Assembly (NCBI GenBank): GCA_050250895.1
Contig: JBFWNU010000001.1
Span: 1,320,008-1,384,007, forward strand
Direction: 5' to 3'
DNA: 64,000 bases
Origin: Vulcanimicrobiota bacterium
Lineage (GTDB): Bacteria > Vulcanimicrobiota > Xenobia > Xenobiales > JADMJV01
Shown: positions 1 to 8,969 of the stretch, one piece after another
Layout of the letters: each line of letters begins with the position of its first letter
Numbering within the stretch: position 1 is the first letter of the stretch
The notes under the pieces: generated by a model
The model's database searches: none
Seen by the model: the letters and a program-made list of their open reading frames with translations, nothing else
What the model was told of the DNA's origin: nothing
Translations under genes and position numbers: made by a program

Positions 1-1
1 G

Positions 2-520
2 ATCCAGGTCCGCCGCGGCGGTTGGCATCGTGATGTGGTCAAGCGCGTCCCGCTGACGTTGCTACCCGCTGAAGCCTTGATGGCTTCGACCACCCCCCGG
101 GAGTTATTGATTCAGGAAGGCTCCCTATCGCTCACGGTCCGCCTGGACTTTGCGGGTCTGATGACCGGCGAGTCGCTGACCGGTTCGCTGGTCCTGGACC
201 AGACGGAGGAAGGGGTGGCCTTGCCCAACAAGCTGACCTTTCGGTTTGCGGCCATCGAAGAATCGACTTCGAGGGCATTTTCCCATCGCGAGGTGCTTTG
301 GTTGGTGACCCACGATGTGGAGCCCGACGACGACGCCACCCTGCCCCTGACCGGCGTCTTCGAGTTTCCGGTGGCTGAAGATGCGCCGTTCTCCGGCACC
401 TGGAACGGCTTTCGCCTCCATTACGGCTTTCGCGTCGGTATGTTCCTGGCCAACGGCAAGGACGTGCGCGAATCGCTGCCCATCCGAGTTTACCGTCGCT
501 ACACGCCCATCCCTAGCTAG
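2..520 (+). CDS. Hypothetical protein, arrestin/SpoOM-like beta-sandwich (5'-truncated by window edge)
   Basis: Frame is open from position 2 to TAG at 518-520. The 'FEFPVAEDAPFSG..F.LHYGFRV' pattern resembles arrestin-N/SpoOM folds. Confidence 0.5.
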   Translation: MQVRRGGWHRDVVKRVPLTLLPAEALMASTTPRELLIQEGSLSLTVRLDFAGLMTGESLTGSLVLDQTEEGVALPNKLTFRFAAIEESTSRAFSHREVLWLVTHDVEPDDDATLPLTGVFEFPVAEDAPFSGTWNGFRLHYGFRVGMFLANGKDVRESLPIRVYRRYTPIPS

Positions 521-541
521 GGGAGCCGCCTTCGCGTCGAG

Positions 542-3055
542 CTAGCGGGCTAGAAGAACGGTGATGGCGTTGCCCAGGATGTTCATCACCGCCAGGTCGG
601 TGGCTCCGTCGTGGTTGAAGTCGCCCCTGACGGCCGAGCCGGTCGCGCCGCCAGCATAGAAGAATCGAGGGGAATCAAAAGTCCCGTCGCCTTTCCCCAC
701 CAGGACCCCAACTCCCGGGATGTTCGTGGTGATGCCGGTGTAGGTGCAGGTCAGGTCAGGCAGGCCGTCACCGTTCACGTCGTCGGTCAACACCTCCAGC
801 ACCCCGTCGCCGACGGGGGTTATCGCGGGTGTCCCGAAGGTGCCGTCACCACGACCGGGCAAGACGGTGACGGTGCCGCTGACAAACTGTGTCACCACCA
901 GGTCCGGGTGGCCGTCTTGAGTGAAGTCGTCAGCGGCCACAAAGGCAGAGATCGAACCGCCCGCGGGGTCTGGAACGTCGATGGTCTGAGGGGGTTGGAA
1001 GGTCCCATCGCCCTGGCCCAGATGGATGGTGACCTTTTCTTGGAGGCTGACGGTGACGACATCGAGCTGTCGGTCGCGGTTAAGGTCGGTGGCCACCAGG
1101 CCGCTCACGGGTAGGCCGGTGTCGAACGGGGTTGGGCTCCCGAAGGTGCCGTCTCCCATTCCGGGAAGCAGCTGGAAGCTGTTGCCTGCGGCCAAAGCCA
1201 GGTCGAGGTGTTGATCACCGTTGAAGTCGCCGACCACCACCGGACCGGCCGGTCCAGAAAAGATGGTCTGGGGCGGTTGGAAGGAGCCGTCGCCATTGCC
1301 GAGCAGCAAAGCGGCCAGGCCGCCTCCCGCGACTACCAGATCCGGTCTTCTGTCCTCGTTGAGGTCTTCAACGGCCAGAGCGAAGGGCGAACCGGGGACA
1401 TCGACGCTCTGGGCGGGCAGAAAGGTGCCGTCGGCCAGTCCGCGCGCGATACTGACATCGCCCGAGGTCAAGTTGGCCGTCATCAGGTCTAGATTGCCGT
1501 CGTTGTCGAGGTCGGCAGTTCGCAGCGCCCGCGGCTGGACGCCCACCATCTGGGGCGTCCCCGGCATTTGAAAGGTGCCATCCCCCTGGCCCAGAGCCAC
1601 GAAGACGGAGCTGCCTTCAATCTGGGCGGACACGATGTCCAGGCGAGAGTCACCGTTGACATCGGCGAATTCGGCGTAGTTCGGCAGGAAGGCGCTGGCG
1701 ACTCGATACTGGGGGTCGAAGGCTCCTCCGCTGCGACCAAGTAGAATGGAGAAGTCGCTATCGACCGCGTTGGTTACTAACAGGTCGGGCTGCCCGTCGC
1801 CGTTGAGGTCGTTCACCGATACCGAATAGGGAGTTTCGCCAACCGGGTAGGTTTGGGGCATGGCAAAACCCGTGGACCCAAGGGTGAGATAGACCGAGAT
1901 GGTGTTGTCCAACCCGTTGACCGCCACCAGATCGGCCCGTTGGTCGTGGTTGAAGTCCGCGCTACCTAAGAACCAGGGGCTATCGCCAGCAGCCAGGCCC
2001 GAGCCGGCCACGAACGTCCCGTCACCCACCCCCAGCAGAATCGAAAGATTGTCGTCATTGGAGTTCGCGCTCACCAGGTCGAGCTTCTGGTCACCATTCG
2101 TGTCGATGGCTAGAATGTCAACGGGTCCGCTGCCCAGCGAGTAGTTGACCGCCGGCAGGAAAGAACCGTTTCCGAGGCCGAGAACAACGGAAGCGTTATG
2201 GCTGCTGAAGTTGGCCGTGACCAGATCGAGATTGGTGTCTCCGTTAAGATCGGCCACTTTGATGGCTAACGCCCCGGTGGCACCCGAGAGCGACAAAGCT
2301 TGGGCGGGCTGAAAGGTCCCGTCGCCTTTGCCAAGCACAATCGACAGGTCGTCACGATTGGCGGTGGCCAGATCGACATGCTCATCCTGGTTGAAATCCC
2401 CAGTCGTGATCCAGTAGGGTCCGGTCCCGACCTCGAGCACGAAGGGCCGGTCATAGGTGCCGTCCCCGTGGCCCAGGCCCACATAAATCCGTCCTGGAGC
2501 GCCAAAGCTAGCCGCCAGAGAATCGCTAAACACGAGGTCGGGCTTGGCGTCCTCATTGAAGTCGGCGATGGCAAAGGAGGACGGGAAGACTCCCCCGGGC
2601 AGAAAGCTCGGAGCGTCAAAGTCGGGAAGCGTGTTTTGGAAGGCCGGGTTGGAGATCGTGGTGATTTCTCCCACCGCCACCGAGACCGCCGGCTGGCGAT
2701 AGGTGCCCAGCACGGTCGACGAGTCGCTGAGATAGAGAATCTCCAGGTCGTAGGTCCCGGCGGGTACCTCGGCTATCTCCAGTTGTTGATCGCTGCCGAG
2801 GTCCGAGCGGGTGAATTCCCGGCTGATGACGACCTGGCCATTCTGGCGCAGATTCACCACAAACCGACGAACGTCACTCTTGACGGCCCGGTTGTTGAGC
2901 AGTGCCAGCACTACGTTCAGCGAGCCAAGCGCGGTCGGTGGGCCTGCGCTCGTGGAGCCACCACCGCTGGTGGAAGCCCCCGAGCCCCCTCCAGTGCAAC
3001 CCGCCAGCAGAAGCAGTAACAACAGACCCAGCCCTAGACCGACTTTGATTCGCAT
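542..3055 (-). CDS. FG-GAP/VCBS repeat lipoprotein (beta-propeller, adhesin-like)
   Basis: Start MRIKVGLGLGLLLLLLLAGC has lipobox LAGC. More than 10 repeats of (A/G)D(F/L)NxDxxxDL..GxGDGTF. Confidence 0.9.
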   Translation of the reverse strand: MRIKVGLGLGLLLLLLLAGCTGGGSGASTSGGGSTSAGPPTALGSLNVVLALLNNRAVKSDVRRFVVNLRQNGQVVISREFTRSDLGSDQQLEIAEVPAGTYDLEILYLSDSSTVLGTYRQPAVSVAVGEITTISNPAFQNTLPDFDAPSFLPGGVFPSSFAIADFNEDAKPDLVFSDSLAASFGAPGRIYVGLGHGDGTYDRPFVLEVGTGPYWITTGDFNQDEHVDLATANRDDLSIVLGKGDGTFQPAQALSLSGATGALAIKVADLNGDTNLDLVTANFSSHNASVVLGLGNGSFLPAVNYSLGSGPVDILAIDTNGDQKLDLVSANSNDDNLSILLGVGDGTFVAGSGLAAGDSPWFLGSADFNHDQRADLVAVNGLDNTISVYLTLGSTGFAMPQTYPVGETPYSVSVNDLNGDGQPDLLVTNAVDSDFSILLGRSGGAFDPQYRVASAFLPNYAEFADVNGDSRLDIVSAQIEGSSVFVALGQGDGTFQMPGTPQMVGVQPRALRTADLDNDGNLDLMTANLTSGDVSIARGLADGTFLPAQSVDVPGSPFALAVEDLNEDRRPDLVVAGGGLAALLLGNGDGSFQPPQTIFSGPAGPVVVGDFNGDQHLDLALAAGNSFQLLPGMGDGTFGSPTPFDTGLPVSGLVATDLNRDRQLDVVTVSLQEKVTIHLGQGDGTFQPPQTIDVPDPAGGSISAFVAADDFTQDGHPDLVVTQFVSGTVTVLPGRGDGTFGTPAITPVGDGVLEVLTDDVNGDGLPDLTCTYTGITTNIPGVGVLVGKGDGTFDSPRFFYAGGATGSAVRGDFNHDGATDLAVMNILGNAITVLLAR

Positions 3056-3156
3056 AACCGGGTTCGTTCGTCGGCTGAAACTCGACCCCTGGATACATCT
3101 CAAATGTGTCGAGATTGTACCAACGGGTGCTAACACAACTCTAACGCTACTCTTGT

Positions 3157-3184
3157 TTGGAATTTCCTTGCTGGGGGGTAGGAT
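3157..3184 (+). promoter_or_regulatory. Putative sigma70-type promoter of groESL
   Basis: TTGGAA-N16-TAGGAT about 70 bp upstream of groES; SD GGAGG precedes ATG 3255. Confidence 0.35.
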
Positions 3185-3254
3185 GCCATTGGCGCGTTGA
3201 GGCGACGGCTAGGTCCGTATCGGCGTCACTGATAGAAAAATTCGGAGGTTTAAC

Positions 3255-3557
3255 ATGGCAACGAAGACACTCACTTTGAAGCCGATGGCCGACCGCATCG
3301 TGGTCGAGCCAATTCCCAGCGAAGAGAAGAGCGCTGGTGGCATCATCCTTCCTGACACCGCTCAGGAAAAACCCATGACTGCAAAGGTTCTGGCCGTTGG
3401 CCCGGGCCGCATGCTCGACAACGGAAAGCTCGAGCCGATGGAAGTCAAAGTGGGCGAGACCGTGCTGTACGGCAAGTACTCGGGCACGGAAGTGAAGATC
3501 GACGGCAACAAGCTCGTCATTCTTCAGCAACGCGACATCCTCGGAATTTTCAACTAA
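3255..3557 (+). CDS. groES: Co-chaperonin GroES
   Basis: [42 protein letters not shown]. Confidence 0.98.
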   Translation: MATKTLTLKPMADRIVVEPIPSEEKSAGGIILPDTAQEKPMTAKVLAVGPGRMLDNGKLEPMEVKVGETVLYGKYSGTEVKIDGNKLVILQQRDILGIFN

Positions 3558-3582
3558 AAACAAACAAGGAGAATTAGAGTAA

Positions 3583-5238
<1,656 letters not shown>

Positions 5239-5255
5239 TCTAGCCCTCTCCCAGG

Positions 5256-5284
5256 AAAGCCCCGGGTTATCCCGGGGCTTTTTT
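5256..5284 (+). terminator. Intrinsic terminator after groEL
   Basis: AAAGCCCCGGG-TTAT-CCCGGGGCTTT followed by further T residues. Confidence 0.9.
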
Positions 5285-5508
5285 CATGCCGGAAGGCGGG
5301 CTTTTAGCTGGTGGCCTGAGGCATCGTCTCGATGAGTTCGCTCAGCCTGGCTCGGTCGACCGCACCGATGACCAGTAAGGTGGCCACGAAGTTGCGATCT
5401 TTGGGACGTCCGGATGGACTCTGCTATTGTTGGACCTCGAGGGGTGACCCCCTGCCGACTTTGGCGACCCGGCAGGAAGGCGGGGGCGGCGTGGCTTAGT
5501 TGGCACTC

Positions 5509-6345
5509 ATGCGGAAGTTGTTGATTGTGCTGTTGCTCCTGGCTGCGGGTTGTGGCTCGCGCGAGGTGAAGACGACGGTGGATAACCGTGGTGATGATGC
5601 TCAGCGTCTGGTCGAGGCTCAAGTCGTGCCTCGGCTGGAGCAGCTGGAAGACCGCCTGAGTGTGCGCCCCGAGCGCCATTGGGCTTCGCTCCCGTACGGC
5701 GAGAGCGAACTGCTGGTCTCGCTCGAATTAGCCCACGAGGGAACGACCGTCCGGGGCGAATGGCGGGTTGCCGGTGAGCAGGTAACTCCCTCGAATCGTT
5801 TTGCCAAGGACCTCGAGAAGCTGCCGGCCGAGCCCAGTCACTATGACCTGATGGTGCTGGTGCCCGAGCCGTGGCTGCCTCGCCAGCCGGTGGCCAGTGT
5901 GCCCGAACAGGCCCCCGAGGCGGTGGCGGTGGCCACCCAGCCGGCCCCGCCGGCCCAACCCAGTCAGCCTGCGCCGCCAGCGCCGCCGGCTCCCAAGCCG
6001 CCTGCCCCCCCGAAGCCGCAACTGGTGGGAGTCATTTCGGGCGATGTCCAGACGGCCATGATTACCCTTGACGGCCGCAACCTGACCATCAAGCCGGGCG
6101 AGACGGTGGGTGGGGTGACCTTGCACTCGGTGGCTCCCCAGAAGGCCGTGATCAGCTACCGCGGCGAGCGACGCGAGCTCGAGTTGTCGATGCCGTTGAA
6201 AGCCCAGATGCGCCTGCCTGAGCCTGTTCCACCGGCCAAAACCGACAGTGGTGACTCGGAAGTGATCCATCTCGATAATCGCGACCTGGACAACGAGAAG
6301 CCCGTAGAGTTGCCGGGCGGCTGGCGCAAGTTCGAGAACCACTGA
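5509..6345 (+). CDS. Lipoprotein with Pro-rich linker and PilP/GspC-HR-like domain
   Basis: MRKLLIVLLLLAAGC lipobox; PAPP repeats; LVGVISG..AMI..G..IKPGETVGGVTL.SV....VI..GE...L matches the PilP/GspC HR pattern. Confidence 0.65.
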   Translation: MRKLLIVLLLLAAGCGSREVKTTVDNRGDDAQRLVEAQVVPRLEQLEDRLSVRPERHWASLPYGESELLVSLELAHEGTTVRGEWRVAGEQVTPSNRFAKDLEKLPAEPSHYDLMVLVPEPWLPRQPVASVPEQAPEAVAVATQPAPPAQPSQPAPPAPPAPKPPAPPKPQLVGVISGDVQTAMITLDGRNLTIKPGETVGGVTLHSVAPQKAVISYRGERRELELSMPLKAQMRLPEPVPPAKTDSGDSEVIHLDNRDLDNEKPVELPGGWRKFENH

Positions 6346-6498
6346 GGGGAGCCCCGGCTTTCGCCGAGGGGGAAGCCTCGCTTTGCTCGGAGAGGGAGCC
6401 CGGCTGCGCCGGGAGATAGGAGCGAAGCTAGCTTTGCTCGCTTCGAGATTTCTAGATAGTCGACGCTGCGCGTCGTAACTCGGGCGCGGCTAGCCGCG
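6346..6498. repeat. Cluster of short GC-rich palindromes (REP/BIME-like) between convergent genes
   Basis: Consecutive hairpins CGGC-TTTC-GCCG, CCCGGC-TGC-GCCGGG, GAGCGAAGC-TA-GCTTTGCTC, CGACGC-TGC-GCGTCG and CGCGGC-TA-GCCGCG. Confidence 0.65.
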
Positions 6499-6511
6499 TA
6501 GGTCGAAAACG

Positions 6512-6907
6512 CTAGTGTTCGCAGCAGTCGCCGCGTTGGATACGGCAGGCGCGCCAGTTGGCGGCGTGAGAGAAGCAGAGCAGGGCGGCGCCGGCCAGGG
6601 TCAGGGGCTGTTCCATCGTGTGAAGCAGAAGTCCGCAGGCCAAAAAGAGCAAGCCGAGGCCACCGCACAGCGCGATTTCTAAGCGGCGGTGTTTGCGATA
6701 GGCCGGGATCAGGGCCAGCCCGGCCAGGGGAAGAGCCAAACCTAGCAAAATCGAGTGAATACCATCGTGCTCGATGTGGATGGCCCCGAAGGCGGGCAGC
6801 AAAGACAGCAGAGGTAAGAGTCCGCAGTGAATCAAGCAGGCTCCGGATGCCAGCATCCCGAGCTTGTCCCACAGGGTGATCTGTTCTTGTTGTTGCTCCG
6901 CGTTCAT
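6512..6907 (-). CDS. MerC-domain membrane protein (metal transport related)
   Basis: WDKLGMLASGACLIHCGLLP N-terminal motif; four TM helices; C-terminal H..NWRAC...CCEH. Confidence 0.85.
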   Translation of the reverse strand: MNAEQQQEQITLWDKLGMLASGACLIHCGLLPLLSLLPAFGAIHIEHDGIHSILLGLALPLAGLALIPAYRKHRRLEIALCGGLGLLFLACGLLLHTMEQPLTLAGAALLCFSHAANWRACRIQRGDCCEH

Positions 6908-6913
6908 CGGTAG

Positions 6914-6944
6914 TGAGAATACATTCTCAAAAGCTAAAAGTCAA
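6914..6944 (-). promoter_or_regulatory. sigma70 promoter with overlapping Fur/Zur-like operator for the MerC-domain gene
   Basis: Minus strand TTGACT(6944-6939)-N17-TATTCT(6921-6916), 8 nt before the ATG. Inverted repeat TGAGAAT-N2-ATTCTCA at 6914-6929. Confidence 0.7.
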
Positions 6945-6989
6945 GGTTCCTTCGCACCATGAACCACGAATCCTTTTGAGCGGCCCAGT

Positions 6990-7346
6990 CTAGGGGCCGG
7001 GCCATTGGTAGGTGGCCAGCTCGCAGGTGCCATCGAGGCCGAACTCGATGCCTTCCATTTCCAGCAGCCGCCGCTGGTGGGGCACACTGCTGTGGCGGGC
7101 CCGGTCGCTGATGCCTCCCCGCGCATTGATGACGCGCTGCCAGGGCACCCCCGGCTCGTCCAGGGCCCGCAGGGCGTAGCCGACGGCCCGGGCGGCCCGC
7201 GGCGAGCCCAGCAGGCGGGCCACCTGGCCATAGGTCATCACCCGCCCTCGGGGGATCTGACGTACCAGCGCGTAGACCTGGTGATAGAAGTTGGAAGGAC
7301 CGTTCGCCGCCTGGTCAGAACCGCCAAACGTTATGTCTTCATCCAC
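6990..7346 (-). CDS. Alkyltransferase-like protein (ATL, MGMT family, non-catalytic)
   Basis: QIPRGRVMTYGQVA, ARAVG, and PWQRV in place of the catalytic PCHRV. Start uncertain because it overlaps the divergent cupin start. Confidence 0.85.
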   Translation of the reverse strand: MDEDITFGGSDQAANGPSNFYHQVYALVRQIPRGRVMTYGQVARLLGSPRAARAVGYALRALDEPGVPWQRVINARGGISDRARHSSVPHQRRLLEMEGIEFGLDGTCELATYQWPGP

Positions 7347-7782
7347 CGACCTGCTTCACTCCAACGTTTCGAAAGTCTTCCAGCATCTGGGGGGTTTTGA
7401 CTGGAACAACGTGCCCATCGCCGACTACAAGCCGAGCGACGATTCCTGGCGAGGTGTCACGCGACGAAGTTTTGTCGGCGAGCGGGGCGAATCCCCCCTC
7501 TTTCATCTGCGCTACTTCGAGATCGAGAAGGGCGGCTATACTACCCTCGAACAGCACCAGCACGAGCACGTGGTCGTGTGTATGCGGGGCCGGGGCCAGG
7601 CGGTGTTGGGCTGCCGGACCATCGAGATGGGTTTTGGGGATGTCGTCTATGTGGCTCCCAACGACGCCCATCAGTTCAGAAATGACGACCGGGACGAACC
7701 CTTTGGCTTCTTCTGTATCGTCAACGCCGAACGCGACCGCCCGCGCGAAGCCGAGGCGAACTTCTGCCCAATTTGCGATTGA
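7333..7782 (+). CDS. Cupin domain protein
   Basis: LRYFEIEKGGYTTLEQHQHEHVV..G.G, HQFRN, GFFCIVNAERDRP. Confidence 0.85.
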   Translation: MSSSTDLLHSNVSKVFQHLGGFDWNNVPIADYKPSDDSWRGVTRRSFVGERGESPLFHLRYFEIEKGGYTTLEQHQHEHVVVCMRGRGQAVLGCRTIEMGFGDVVYVAPNDAHQFRNDDRDEPFGFFCIVNAERDRPREAEANFCPICD

Positions 7783-7806
7783 GAGATGGAGAGCCAGGGC
7801 TCGGCA

Positions 7807-7902
7807 TTTAACGCTCTTGTGACGCCGGGGCGGTAAAGTTTCCTCAGTGAGATGAGCATTGGTTGGACCTAACGCCCCGGCGAAAGCCGGGGCTTTTTCT
7901 TT
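7807..7902 (+). repeat. 96-bp dispersed non-coding element, copy 1 (candidate sRNA/attenuator with terminator)
   Basis: Identical to 58061-58156; ends in GCCCCGGC-GAAA-GCCGGGGC-TTTTTCTTT. Confidence 0.9.
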
Positions 7903-8097
7903 TTCTACCGAGGTTTCCGGACCTCCTCGTGCCCACTGCGAAACACTATAGGCCTCGCTTCTTGCCTGTTCAGGAAATGCGATCCCTCACTCGACGGCCG
8001 GCCCTGGCGGGCCGCCAAAATGGACCTTGAGCGCGAAGCTCACCAACCAAATCCTAGCGTATCCGCCGAAGTGAGAGGTCGCCTAAAGAACATACCA

Positions 8098-8138
8098 TTG
8101 GACCTAACGCCCCGGCGAAAGCCGGGGCTTTTTCTTTT
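8098..8138 (+). repeat. 41-bp partial (3') copy of the dispersed element, including the terminator
   Basis: Identical to 7863-7903. Confidence 0.9.
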
Positions 8139-8141
8139 GGC

Positions 8142-8969
8142 CTAACCCTTCATGGCTCCTACGGTGATGCCGCGGGTGAGGTGGCGCTCGAGCAGGACGT
8201 AGACGATCAGAGTGGGCACCATCACGATGACCAGGCCCGCGAAGACCATGCCGTAGTCGGTGCGGAACTGGCTCACGATGGTCAGGTTGGCCAGACCCAG
8301 GGGCAGGGTGCGCAGGTCTTGCGAGCCGTGGCCGTTGAGCAGCATGAAGGCCACGAGATACTCGTTCCAGACCCCCAGAAAGGTGAAGATGGCTACCGTC
8401 ACCAGACCGGGGCGGGCCAGGGGTAGCATGACATGCCAGAAGGTCTGCCACTCGCTGGCCCCGTCGAGCAGCGCCGCCTCGCGTAGACCGCCAGGCAGGG
8501 CCCGAAAGAAGCCGGCCAGTAGAAAGACGGCGAAGGGCAAGCTGGTGGCTAGATAGACCAGGGTGAGGCCAGTGCGGGTGTTGAGCAGGCCCAACCACTT
8601 CATCTCGAAGAACAGCGGCACCACGGCCATTTGAATGGGCACCATCATGCCGGCTAGAAAATAGAGCAGCAACAGGCGTGAGTAGGGCCCACCAAAGCGG
8701 GTCAAGGCGTAGGCGGCCATCGCCGAGAGCACCAGGGTCAAGAGGACCGTCACCGTGGTGATGATCAGGCTGTTACCGAAGAAGGCGCCGAAGTGGCCGA
8801 CGGTCCAGGCTCTTGAATAGTTCTCGAGAGCTAACTGTGAGGGGGGCGCGAAGGGATCGAGGAAGATCTCGCGGCTGGGCTTGAAGGAAGTCACGACCAG
8901 CCACAACATCGGCAATAGGGTGGCGGCTAGATAGGCCAGCAGCAGCGGATAGAGGAAGGGCTTTTTCAT
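8142..8969 (-). CDS. Carbohydrate ABC transporter permease (MalG-type)
   Basis: EAA motif LREAALLDGAS; WNEY; ATGA overlap with the upstream gene. Confidence 0.92.
   Translation of the reverse strand: MKKPFLYPLLLAYLAATLLPMLWLVVTSFKPSREIFLDPFAPPSQLALENYSRAWTVGHFGAFFGNSLIITTVTVLLTLVLSAMAAYALTRFGGPYSRLLLLYFLAGMMVPIQMAVVPLFFEMKWLGLLNTRTGLTLVYLATSLPFAVFLLAGFFRALPGGLREAALLDGASEWQTFWHVMLPLARPGLVTVAIFTFLGVWNEYLVAFMLLNGHGSQDLRTLPLGLANLTIVSQFRTDYGMVFAGLVIVMVPTLIVYVLLERHLTRGITVGAMKG

Noticed and set aside
542-3055. DNA-level repeats that could suggest an array
   Set aside because: They are FG-GAP protein repeats with degenerate codons, not CRISPR or DGR repeats.
3107-3205. CIRCE element upstream of groES
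   Set aside because: Only a half-site (GGGTGCTAA at 3125-3133) and a degenerate, wrongly spaced TTGGCGC...GGCTAG. No TTAGCACTC-N9-GAGTGCTAA. TTGGCACTC at about 5500 is also an unpaired half-site.
5285-5500. Possible ncRNA or gene remnant after groEL (minus-strand fragment VATLLVIGAVDRARLSELIETMPQATS*; GTTGGACCT 9-mer shared with the repeat element)
   Set aside because: No recognisable SRP, 6S or riboswitch motif. The fragment is too short, and a 9-mer match is within chance.
7863-8138. Mini CRISPR array (two 41-bp repeats)
   Set aside because: The 194-bp spacer is far too long, the repeat ends in a poly-T terminator, and no cas genes are present.
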